DNA of 64,000 nt from an uncultured delta proteobacterium (GTDB lineage: Bacteria > Myxococcota_A > UBA9160 > UBA6930): NCBI GenBank assembly GCA_963716895.1, contig CAVQUJ010000010.1:1868942-1932941 (forward strand). The letters run 5' to 3'. Each line of letters begins with the position of its first letter. Position 1 is the stretch's first letter. Of the stretch, positions 55,664 to 64,000 are shown piece by piece. The notes under the pieces were generated by a model that was not told the DNA's origin, searched no databases, and saw only the letters and a program-made list of their open reading frames with translations. The translations under genes and the position numbers were made by a program.

Positions 55664-56848
55664 ATGGCACTCGACGACATCAAGCGGCGCGAGGCGACCT
55701 TCTTCCTGCCCGTCGTGAACCGCCTCCCGGTGGCGCTGGTCGAGGGGCGCGGCTCGCGCGTGGTGGACGTGGACGGGCGCGAGTACGTGGACCTCACCGC
55801 CGGCTGGGGCGTGTGCGCGATCGGCCACTGCCACCCGGCGCTGGTCGATGCGATCCGCAAGCAGGCCGGCCGCCTGATGCAGACCACCAACCTGTTCTAC
55901 ACGCTGCCGCAGCTCGACCTGGCCGAGACGCTGGCGGGTCTCGCGCCCGGACCCATCACGCGGAGCTTCTTCACGAACTCCGGCACGGAGGCGATCGAGG
56001 GCTCGCTCAAGCTCGCGCACCGCGCCACGGGCCGGAGCAAGTTCGTCTCGACCGAGAACTCCTTCCACGGCCGCACGCTCGGCGCGCTCTCGGTGATCGG
56101 CCAGGCCAAGCACCGCGACCCGTATCGCGCGCTGCTGCCCGAGCCCGTGGTCGTGCCCTACGGCGACCTCGTCGCCGCGGAGCGCGCGATCGACGCGGAC
56201 ACGGCCGCGTTCATCGTCGAGCCCGTGCAGGGCGAGGGCGGCGTCAACCCGGCCCCCGAAGGCTATCTGCGCGGGCTGCGCGAGCTCTGCACGCGCAAGG
56301 GCGCGCTGCTGATCCTCGACGAGATCCAGACGGGCATCGGCCGGACCGGCCGCATGTTCGCGCTCGAGCACGACGAGGTCGTGCCCGACGTGCTGGCGCT
56401 CGGGAAGGGCCTCGGCGGTGGCTTCCCGGTGGCGGCGTTCCTCTGCACCGAAGAGGTGGCGGCGACGGTGAAGCCCGGCGACCACGGCGGCACCTACGTC
56501 GGCAACCCGCTCGCGTGCGCCGCCGCGAACGCGGTGCTCGAGGTCGTGCAGCAGGAGAAGCTGGTCGAGCGCGCAGCGAAGGTCGGCGCCCGCCTCTCCG
56601 GCCGTCTGCGCGCGTTCGCGGAAGCCAACCCCGGTGTCACCCGGGGCGTGCGCGGGCGCGGGCTGCTCGTCGGCCTCACGCTCGCGGACGTCGACGCGGC
56701 CGCCACTCTCTCGCGCCGCGCCCTCGCCGCGGGCGTGCTCGCGAACGTCACGGCCGGCAACGTGCTGCGCCTGTTCCCGGCGCTGAACATTCCCGAAGAG
56801 GAGCTGTTCGGCGCGCTCGAGACGGTGCTCGGCCTGATTACGGGCTGA
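55664..56848 (+). CDS. argD: Class-III PLP aminotransferase (acetylornithine aminotransferase ArgD-like), intact
   Basis: GREYVDLTAGWGVCAIGHCHP, SFFTNSGTEAIEGSLKLA, LLILDEIQTGIGRTGRMFA, ALGKGLGGGFPV (PLP lysine). Confidence 0.8.
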   Translation: MALDDIKRREATFFLPVVNRLPVALVEGRGSRVVDVDGREYVDLTAGWGVCAIGHCHPALVDAIRKQAGRLMQTTNLFYTLPQLDLAETLAGLAPGPITRSFFTNSGTEAIEGSLKLAHRATGRSKFVSTENSFHGRTLGALSVIGQAKHRDPYRALLPEPVVVPYGDLVAAERAIDADTAAFIVEPVQGEGGVNPAPEGYLRGLRELCTRKGALLILDEIQTGIGRTGRMFALEHDEVVPDVLALGKGLGGGFPVAAFLCTEEVAATVKPGDHGGTYVGNPLACAAANAVLEVVQQEKLVERAAKVGARLSGRLRAFAEANPGVTRGVRGRGLLVGLTLADVDAAATLSRRALAAGVLANVTAGNVLRLFPALNIPEEELFGALETVLGLITG

Positions 56849-58889
56849 CCTTCAGCACCTCGCGCTGCCAGCTGGCGAGGTCGGCGAAGCGCGCGAACGC
56901 GCCGCCGCGGAAGCTCTCGGGATCCGGCAGCAGCGTCGCGTTCGTGTGCGTGGCGAGCGCGTTCAGGAAGGCGCGGAACGCGTCGAGCGGGCTCGCACCC
57001 GCGGCGAGCCGGCGCGGATCGAGGCGATCGCTGCGCAGCCTCACCAGCCGGAGCGGGCCGTCTCCGAGCTCGCTGTGGTTCATCAGCAGATCGACGACGA
57101 TCACCGGCTTCGCGGCGAGCCCGCCGACGGAGCCCACCGCGATCGCCTGGATCTTCGCGCAGGCGAGGTGAGAGGTACGTCCGCCGGGGAGCGTGAGCGC
57201 GAGCCCCGCGTCGTCGAGCGCGGTCGGAATCGCGTCCACGACCTTGACGTCGCTCCAGCGCGTCTGCAGCTCGGGGCCGGCGACCGAGACGTCGCCTGGC
57301 GTGGGCGTCTCGTCCGGACCGAGGTCGAGCGAGAGCGAGCGATCCGCGGATGCCGGCGCGGAGTCCGGCGCCCGCTCCGGAGCGGGAGGTGCCGTCGTCT
57401 CCGCCGTCCGCTCGAGCGCGGCGAGCTGCTGTTCGAGACGCGCGCGCGTCGGCGCCGGCAGCTCGGCCGACGCGAGCGCGCTGCGGGCCGCTGCGAGCGC
57501 GGCGACCGGATCGCTCTCGCGCGCCAGCTCGAACACGCGCAGCGCCTGCGGGGGCGTGAGCCCGCGGTTCGCGGGGCTCACGGCGTCGCGGAGCGCGCGA
57601 TTCGCCTCGTCGAAGCGCTTCTCGTGGCGCAGCGCCGGCACGAAGCGCAGCAGCGAGGCGGGATCGACGAGCGCCGCGGGCACGAGACCCTTCAGCTCGG
57701 TCCAGTAGCCCAGCGCCGTCGGCAGCGCGTCGCCCGCCGAGAAGCGCCGGATCGCCTGCGCGAGCGGTGCGACGGCCGTCTCGGGACGCTGGAGCGCCAC
57801 CGCCGCGTCCCAGAACGCCACCGCCACGTCCGGGTCCGCGGGCTTGCGTCGGCTCTCCGCCTCGAGCAGGGCGAAGGCGCCCGCGACGTCGCCTGCCGCG
57901 CGCAGGCGCTGGGCTTCCTCCACGACGGGATTGCCGCGCGCGAGCGTCACCTTCGCCTCGATCGCGGAGTGGATGAAGCGCTCCTCGATCCCCGCGCTCC
58001 GCACCGCGAACGCGGCGCCGGCGCCGAACAGGAAGCCGCCGACGTGCGCCCAGTAGGCCACGCCGCTCTGGACGCCGACCGCGTCCGCCAGCCACGCGGA
58101 GAACAGCTCGTTCGCGAACCAGAGCGGGAGCATCACCCAGGCGGCCGCTTCGAAGGTGCCGCGGATCACGCGGAAGCCGATGAAGAAGAAGTAGGCGAAG
58201 CGCAGCTTCGTGCGCAGGAAGCGCACGAGGAACGCGCCGAGCACGCCCGCGATGGCGCCCGAGGCGCCCACCAGCGGCAGCGCCGGGTTCTTGCTCATCA
58301 ACGCGAAGAAGAGACACGACGCGATCCCGGACATGACGAAGAACGCGCCGAACAGCGGCCGCCCCCAGCGGTCTTCGAGCGCGGGGCCGGCGAGGAAGAA
58401 CAGGAACATGTTCGAGAGCAGGTGGATCCAGCCCGCGTGCATGAACATGTGCGTGATGAGCGTGACGAAGCTCGGATCCGCCGGCGTGAAGCCCCACTTC
58501 TTGTAGGGATGATCCGCCGGGACGCCCGCGCCTGCCTTCGCACGCGCGGTGAGCTCGTCGAGTTGGGCCTGCTCCGCGGCGCGTTCGTCCGGGTCCTCGG
58601 GCGCCCATTCCTGCGCGGAGTCACGCAGCGACGCGACCGCCTGCGAGCGCTGATTCGGCATGAAGCGCCCGGCGTAGGCCGCCTCCACCTCCGGGCTCGC
58701 GTCGAGGTACGCGTGGTCCGCCCAGTACTGGGCGGCCTCCTCGAGCGTGACGGTCTGCTCGTGCCACTTCGGGTCGTTGGCGTCGCCGTTGGTAGCGAGC
58801 AGCGCGAGGAGGCAGAGCGCCATGATCGCGAAGCTCACCCAGGGCCAGCGGCGAACCTCGGACTCTTCGTGGCCGATCGGGATGATCAT
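56838..58889 (-). CDS. Rhomboid-family intramembrane serine protease with about 400-aa C-terminal soluble helical/TPR-like extension, intact
   Basis: ITHMFMHAGWIHLLSNMFLFF, catalytic GASGAIAGVLGAFLV and AHVGGFLFG; long C-terminal region rich in Ala/Leu/Arg repeats. Confidence 0.75.
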   Translation of the reverse strand: MIIPIGHEESEVRRWPWVSFAIMALCLLALLATNGDANDPKWHEQTVTLEEAAQYWADHAYLDASPEVEAAYAGRFMPNQRSQAVASLRDSAQEWAPEDPDERAAEQAQLDELTARAKAGAGVPADHPYKKWGFTPADPSFVTLITHMFMHAGWIHLLSNMFLFFLAGPALEDRWGRPLFGAFFVMSGIASCLFFALMSKNPALPLVGASGAIAGVLGAFLVRFLRTKLRFAYFFFIGFRVIRGTFEAAAWVMLPLWFANELFSAWLADAVGVQSGVAYWAHVGGFLFGAGAAFAVRSAGIEERFIHSAIEAKVTLARGNPVVEEAQRLRAAGDVAGAFALLEAESRRKPADPDVAVAFWDAAVALQRPETAVAPLAQAIRRFSAGDALPTALGYWTELKGLVPAALVDPASLLRFVPALRHEKRFDEANRALRDAVSPANRGLTPPQALRVFELARESDPVAALAAARSALASAELPAPTRARLEQQLAALERTAETTAPPAPERAPDSAPASADRSLSLDLGPDETPTPGDVSVAGPELQTRWSDVKVVDAIPTALDDAGLALTLPGGRTSHLACAKIQAIAVGSVGGLAAKPVIVVDLLMNHSELGDGPLRLVRLRSDRLDPRRLAAGASPLDAFRAFLNALATHTNATLLPDPESFRGGAFARFADLASWQREVLKVSP

Positions 58890-59246
58890 CGCGAGACCCG
58901 CCGCGGCGGAGCTGCCGCTCGCGTCTCATCGGCCGGACCGGCCTCCGGCTGGATGTCGAACCCTGCGCGCGGCCCCAGTCGCCCGCGGCAGGCGGCCTGC
59001 GCTCCTCAGTTTCGCGCCGTCCACCTCGGGTGATGCACGCTGGTCTCCGCACCTGCTTCGCGTGCGGATCCTGCGGTGGGTTGCCGTGCCGCGCGCTCGA
59101 CGGCGCTCAATTCCGGGGCTCCGGCCGCCTGCCGCGGGCACGAACCGCCGCGCTCGGCACGACCCGACGGCGGCCGTCGGTTTGCAGCGGCTCTCCAGGC
59201 CGCTCGCCCTACACGCCTGATATACGATCGCAATCGGAGGCCGAGG

Positions 59247-59660
59247 ATGGTGACCGGCGGCTGCCTTTGCGGCGGCGTTCGCTTCCAAATCGACGGACGG
59301 ACTTCGGCGATCTGGTACTGCCACTGCTCGAAGTGCCGGAAGGCGACAGGCTCGGCCTTCCACCCGGCGGCCCTTTGCCGGCGGACGAGCTTTCGATGGG
59401 TTTCCGGAGAGGAGCTGATCTCCGACTACCGAACGGAATCCGGCTACCGAGCGCGATTCTGCAGCCGATGTGGCTCGCCCGTGCCGGCGGTTCTGGAAAG
59501 CGAGAGAAGCGTCGTGCTCTCCATGGGAAGCCTCGACGGCGACCCGGGCGGTAGACCGGTGCGACACATCTTCGTGGGCTCGAAGGCACCGTGGTTCGAG
59601 ATCCACGATGGGCTGCCGCAGTTCAGCGGACACGCGCCAACCACTGGGCTGAATCGCTAG
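59247..59660 (+). CDS. GFA (glutathione-dependent formaldehyde-activating / CENP-V-like) family protein, intact
   Basis: GGCLCGGVRFQIDG...WYCHCSKCRKATGSAF...RFCSRCGSPV matches the Zn-binding Cys pattern of GFA proteins. Confidence 0.7.
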   Translation: MVTGGCLCGGVRFQIDGRTSAIWYCHCSKCRKATGSAFHPAALCRRTSFRWVSGEELISDYRTESGYRARFCSRCGSPVPAVLESERSVVLSMGSLDGDPGGRPVRHIFVGSKAPWFEIHDGLPQFSGHAPTTGLNR

Positions 59661-59687
59661 CGGTCGCGGAGGCGTTTGCCTCGGGCG

Positions 59688-60524
59688 CTAGAGAGGAGCG
59701 TTCTCGCCCTGTCCGAGCGTCAGCACCTCGACGCCGCCTTCGGTCACGAGCAGCGTGTGCTCGAACTGCGCGGAGAGCGAGCCGTCCACCGTCACGGCCG
59801 TCCAGCCGTCGTCCAGGATCTGCGTCTTCCAGTGCCCGACGTTGATCATCGGCTCGACCGTGAAGGTCATGCCGGGGGTGATGAGATCGCCGCTCCCGGG
59901 CTTGCCGAAGTGGAGGATCGAGGGTGCGGTGTGGAAGACCCGGCCCACGCCGTGGCCGGTGAACTCGCGCACCACCGCGTAGCCCTGCGCCTCGGCGAAG
60001 CTCTGGATGGCGTGGCCGATGTCGCCGGTGCGCGCGCCCGGCTTCACGGCGCGGATGCCGAGCCAGAGCGCGCGGTACGTGTCGGCTACCAGCCGGCGCG
60101 CCTTCGGCGAGGCGTCGCCGACCACGAACGTGCGCGAGGTGTCGCCGTGCCAGCCGTCCACGATCGGGGTCACGTCCACGTTGATGATGTCGCCGTCGCG
60201 CAGCACGTGAGCCGGCGACGGGATGCCGTGGCAGACCACGTCGTTCACGGAGGTGCAGCAGTGGCCGGGGAAGGGGGGCGCGCCGTGGCCGCCATAGCCG
60301 AGCGGGGCGCTCTTCGCGCCGCGCGCGCGGGTGAGCTCGTCCACGCGCTGGTCGATCTCGTGCGTCGTCACACCGGGGCGGATCAGCTCGGCGACGCGAT
60401 CGAGCAGCTCGGACGCGAAGCGGCCGGCGACGCGCATGCCCGCAACCTGCTCGGGAGAGGTCGCTCGCGAGATGCCCTCCCGCCGCGCGGGAGCCAGCTT
60501 CTTCTTGTTGCGTTTCATCTTCAT
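59688..60524 (-). CDS. map: Methionine aminopeptidase type I, intact
   Basis: MRVAGRFASELLD, HGIPSPAHVLRDGDIINVDVTPIVDGWHGDTSRTFVVG, REFTGHGVGRVFH, FTVEPMIN, FEHTLLVTEGG. Confidence 0.85.
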   Translation of the reverse strand: MKMKRNKKKLAPARREGISRATSPEQVAGMRVAGRFASELLDRVAELIRPGVTTHEIDQRVDELTRARGAKSAPLGYGGHGAPPFPGHCCTSVNDVVCHGIPSPAHVLRDGDIINVDVTPIVDGWHGDTSRTFVVGDASPKARRLVADTYRALWLGIRAVKPGARTGDIGHAIQSFAEAQGYAVVREFTGHGVGRVFHTAPSILHFGKPGSGDLITPGMTFTVEPMINVGHWKTQILDDGWTAVTVDGSLSAQFEHTLLVTEGGVEVLTLGQGENAPL

Positions 60525-60543
60525 GGGGACTCGGAGGAACGGC

Positions 60544-63500
60544 TCAGCTTAGCGCCTCGGCTTCGAGCAGCCCGATCAGGTAGGGACGCATCGCCACCGG
60601 CGCCACGATCTCCTCGAGGGAGCCGACCTCGCGGGCGCGCTCCACGCTGTGGATGGCGTCGAACTCTTCGGCCAGCTGCGCCTGCTTCTCGAGCGTGACC
60701 TCGGCCAGCGTGCGTTCGTAGACGGCCCGCGCTTCGTCGGAGGTTCCGGCGCGCTTCCCGAGCGCCTGCACGCGCGGGTCGGCGACGGCGCGGGCCCGCA
60801 CCTCGCGGCTGAAGACCACGGCGGCGGCCGGCCCGCCGCCGATCACGGACGCGTAGGAGCCCTCGAGCGCGGCGGCCCTCAGCCGCGGCGAGAGCGCGCG
60901 CGAGAACACCACGTAGGCGCCGCCGTGGTAGCGCGACACCACCAGGAACAGGATCGGGCCGCGGAAGTTCACCACGCGCGCGCGATCTCCGCGCCGTACT
61001 CGAGCTGGAGCTTGCGCATCGACTCGGGCGAGCCGTCGAAGCCCGACAGGTTCGCGAGGATCACGGCCGGGCGATTTCCGCTCGCCGCGTTGAGCGCGCG
61101 CGCCACCTTCTTCGACGAGAGCGGGAACAGCGTGCCGCCGCTCCACGAGCCCGGGCCGTCCGCCGGCCGGTAGCCGTCGCGCGCCAGGTTCTGGCTCTCG
61201 ATGCCGATCAGGCACACGGGCCGGCCGCCGAGGTGCGCGTCCCAGACGATGGCGGTCTCCGCGCCGACCCAGTTGCGCCAGCGCTCGAGGAAGCCGCCGT
61301 CGTGATCGACCAGCGCGCGCATCACCGAGCGCATCGGGAACGGCCGCTTCCGGCCCGGATTCGTGCGGTCGTCGAAGATCTCGCCCACCCGCTCGAAGCC
61401 GCTGCCGGGCTCGCACGGCTCCTCGGTGACGAGACGCTCGCGCGGATCGGCGGTCCGCACCGGCCGCGGCGTGCGCTCGCCCGGCGCGACGTACGTGTAG
61501 CGGTAGTGCTCGTAGAGGATGCGATAGGCGTCGGCGAGATCGGTGGCCTGGTACTGCGCCTCGCCGTTCGGCCCCATGATGCGCTCGAAGCCGCCGATCG
61601 CCTGCTCGTCCTCCGCCGACACCGCGCCCGACGCCTCGAGCGCCGCGCGTCCCGTCAACACCATCGACGCGTTCGGCGTCATGATCAGCGCGCCGCGTGT
61701 GTGCAGCAGCATGGTCGCGAGCGCGTCCCAGTAGCTCTGCGCGCCGACGTTCACGCCGTTCACGATCACGTGGATCGCGCCGCCTGCCTGCGTGAACAGG
61801 ATGATGCGGCGCACGACGCGCGCCGTGGCGTCGAGATTCTCGGTGCCGCTGTCCATCGCGATGCGCGCGCCGCTCGAGACGGGCAGCCATTCGACCGGCA
61901 CGCGGAGCGCCTCGGCCAGGTCGATCGCCGCCACCACGCGATCGCATTCCGCGCCCGCCAGCGAGCCCATGCCACGCGTCGGGTCCGAGAGCACGATCAC
62001 GCGCTTCATGCCCTCGGGCACCTTCTCGGTGGGCGTGGTGATCACGCCGAACACCACCCCGCAGCTGTTGCGCCCGTACGGGCGCCCGCCGACGCTGATC
62101 GCGCGCGGCGGCCCCGCGTCGGCCGCGAGGTCGTACTCCTCGAACTCGCCGGGCGGCAGCGACAGCTCGCCCATGCCGCTCGCCGCCGTCGTGCCGGTGA
62201 GCATGCGGATGATCTCGTACGGGTACACCAGCCGGCGGCGGCGGGCTTCCACGACCTTGCGCTCGTACTCGCTCGTGGGCGAGAGCTGGTTTCGCCGCGG
62301 CTCGCGCGCCTCGATGGTCATGGTCGAGCCGGTGAGGTTCGAGATCACGACCTCGGTGGCGCGCGCCGGCTGCTCCGGCGCCTCGCGGTCGAGCAGGTGG
62401 AGCCGCACCAGCACCTTCTCGAGGCCGAGGTGGCGCGTCGCGGGCTCGAGCTTGTGCGAGAGCCGCTCGGCCAGATTCGGATCGAGGAACACCTCGGTCG
62501 CGAGATAGATGGCGATGCGGTTCCACTGGAGCCGCCGCTGCGGATCTCGCTCGACGACGATCCCGCGCAATGCGCGGGTGGCCTCGTAGAACAGGTGCTC
62601 GAAGGCCGGCAGATGGAGACGCGCCTCGCGCCCGGCGTCAGGCGAGCGCGTGCGCAGATCGCCGAGCACGAAGATGCGCTCGTCGCCCGGCTCGGCGCGG
62701 CTCCGGCCGTGGAACGCGTACAACGACTCGGGGGCCGGGAGGCGCGTGAGCTCGAAGCCGCGCAGCCGGTCGAGGTCCACGCGGGTCGCGCACTCGGGAT
62801 GGAGACCGAGGAGGGCCTCGTCCTCGCGGAAGCCGCTCACGGTCGGGACGAAGGTGCGGTGCAGGTCGGGGCCACCGGGACGCACCAGCGTCACCGTCAG
62901 GCGACCGGCCGGGAGACCCGCCGCGAGCGCCGGCGAGACCAGCGCGCGCACGTCGGGCGCTTCGTCGCCTTCGAAGGGCGCGAACAGCTCGATCGCGGCC
63001 ACCGCCGGCCACTCGTGGCTCTCGCGCGCCGCCTCGGCCACCGCGAGCGTGCGCTCCAGCGCGGCGCCGAGCTCGGAGAGCAGACACGCGGCGCCGATCA
63101 CGACGCGGCCGCCGCGCAGCTGGAGCCGCATCACCCAGCTGCCCTGCTCCTGCTGGAAGGCCTGCTCGAGCGGCACGGCCGGCGAGTACGCGCGGCGCAG
63201 ATGCGCGGCCAGCGCGATGCGGCGCCGCCGCGGGTCGGACTCGCCGAGCCAGCCGCCCACGCGCTCGAAGATTCCGCGCGGCGCGTCGGCGAGATGCTGC
63301 AGCACCTCCTCCGGCGGCGCGCTCGGCTGCGTCTCCGCGAGATCGAGCCAGGCCTGGAGCTGCTTGCTCGTGCGCTCGGCCTCGCTCTCCGTCTCGGGCC
63401 GCTCGAAGATCACGTAGCGCGCTTCGATCGCGGCCTCGGCCACCGCATGCGAGAGCAGGCCGCGCAGGCGGCCGATCTCTTCGAGCGCCTCCGCCAGCGC

Positions 63501-64000
63501 GCGGTCGTGGCCGAGGGGCTCGCCGCACTTCGCGAGCGCATGGACACGTTGGATGCACGCGAGCGCGAGCCGATCGCGGAGCTCCGGCGCTTCCTGCGAG
63601 GCGAGCAGCCGCAGCATCGCGCGCTCGAGCGCGTCGGAGGGCTCGAGGCTCGTGATGCCGTAGTGCCCGAGCGCCCGCTTCACCAGCTCGAGGAACTCGT
63701 CGGCGATACCGGCGCCCGCGGCGCGAACCCGGCGCGCGTACATGCGCAGCCGCGCGTGATTGGAGGGCCCGAGCTCGCCCGACACCGACGCGGCCGGCGA
63801 GCGCACGAACAGCCGCGCGACGTCCGCGAGCGTGACCACCTCGTGGCGGATCTCGGCGAGCTCGGCGCGGAACTCGGGAGAGAGCCGCTCCGGCAGCGAA
63901 GCCTCGAGGAACTCGGCGAGGCGGTGCGCGCGCGCCGGGTTGGCGTCGTAGCCCAGCAGCACGCGCCGGGTCTCCTCGCGCGCCGCGTCGATCGCGGCGC
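60544..64000 (-). CDS. Large single-chain carboxyltransferase (acyl-CoA carboxylase CT-domain-like); 5' end beyond the window, one frameshift near 60970
   Basis: Two crotonase-fold CT subdomains: VSSGARIAMDSGTE...VNGVNVGAQSYWDAL and GGTLFPLSSKKVARALNAASGNRPAVILANLSGFDGS...VSRYHGGAYVVFS. More than 1100 aa. Confidence 0.6.

Noticed and set aside
58926-59633. 235-aa minus ORF and 174-aa plus ORF (59030-59554) in the rhomboid/GFA intergenic area
   Set aside because: They overlap the well-supported GFA-family gene in other frames and have low-complexity Arg/Ala/Pro composition; no SD or motif support.

Overview
This is a very high-GC (about 72-74%) window that looks Myxococcota-like, possibly Anaeromyxobacter-like; that placement is inferred from GC content, lipoprotein-rich genes and a TIGR02265-like paralog pair. 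It is densely coding and mostly chromosomal housekeeping with no obvious mobile elements, CRISPR arrays, tRNAs or rRNAs. Because of the GC content the six-frame ORF track is dominated by spurious long ORFs, so genes were called by recognising protein motifs in the translations.

Recognised content, left to right:
- RNase D C-terminal fragment, a beta-propeller-like hypothetical, pepP, acs.
- A convergent pair of TIGR02265-like paralogs, an acyl-CoA synthetase, an Hsp70-like YegD protein, a histidine phosphatase, an M23 peptidase, mutY, an Smr protein.
- A 36-bp tandem repeat upstream of aroC, then aroC and a TPR-like secreted protein.
- A CinA-like gene, a 2Fe-2S ferredoxin translationally coupled to a CbiX/SirB chelatase.
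- A TetR-MFP-RND efflux operon with candidate operator palindromes.
- A large lipoprotein with internal repeats and a Gly/Phe-rich tail.
- A Cys-rich secreted PAF-acetylhydrolase-like hydrolase, divergent from a secreted nine-heme c-type cytochrome with C-terminal Ig-like domains.
- An SPFH protein and a PhyH dioxygenase.
- A three-gene glycosylation-like operon: a TPR-bearing GT-C (TMTC/PMT-like) membrane protein, a SAM methyltransferase and a DPM1-like GT2.
- A TPP-dependent decarboxylase, a Nudix hydrolase, and a TPP riboswitch upstream of thiC, followed by an MtnK/APH-fold kinase.
- A small island: permuted papain-like amidase, small acidic protein, DUF45 HExxH hydrolase, LonN-domain protein.
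- dnaA with an AT-rich repeat patch upstream and no dnaN downstream.
- A translationally coupled operon of a siroheme sulfite/nitrite reductase with cofG and cofH (FO synthase).
- A GGDEF cyclase, lpxL, a ferritin-like protein, folB, an argD-like aminotransferase, a rhomboid protease with a long C-terminal extension, a GFA-family protein, map, and a large single-chain carboxyltransferase that runs off the window end.

A striking technical feature is a patchy, high density of frameshifts in otherwise conserved housekeeping genes (acs, pepP, aroC, thiC, mutY and others), while other blocks are fully intact. This looks like indel error rather than pseudogenisation.

The candidates for novel biology are the TMTC-like GT-C/methyltransferase/GT2 operon, the secreted nonaheme cytochrome module, the repeat/Gly-rich lipoprotein, the siroheme-reductase-FO-synthase operon, the non-canonical dnaA neighbourhood, and the thiC-riboswitch-linked kinase.
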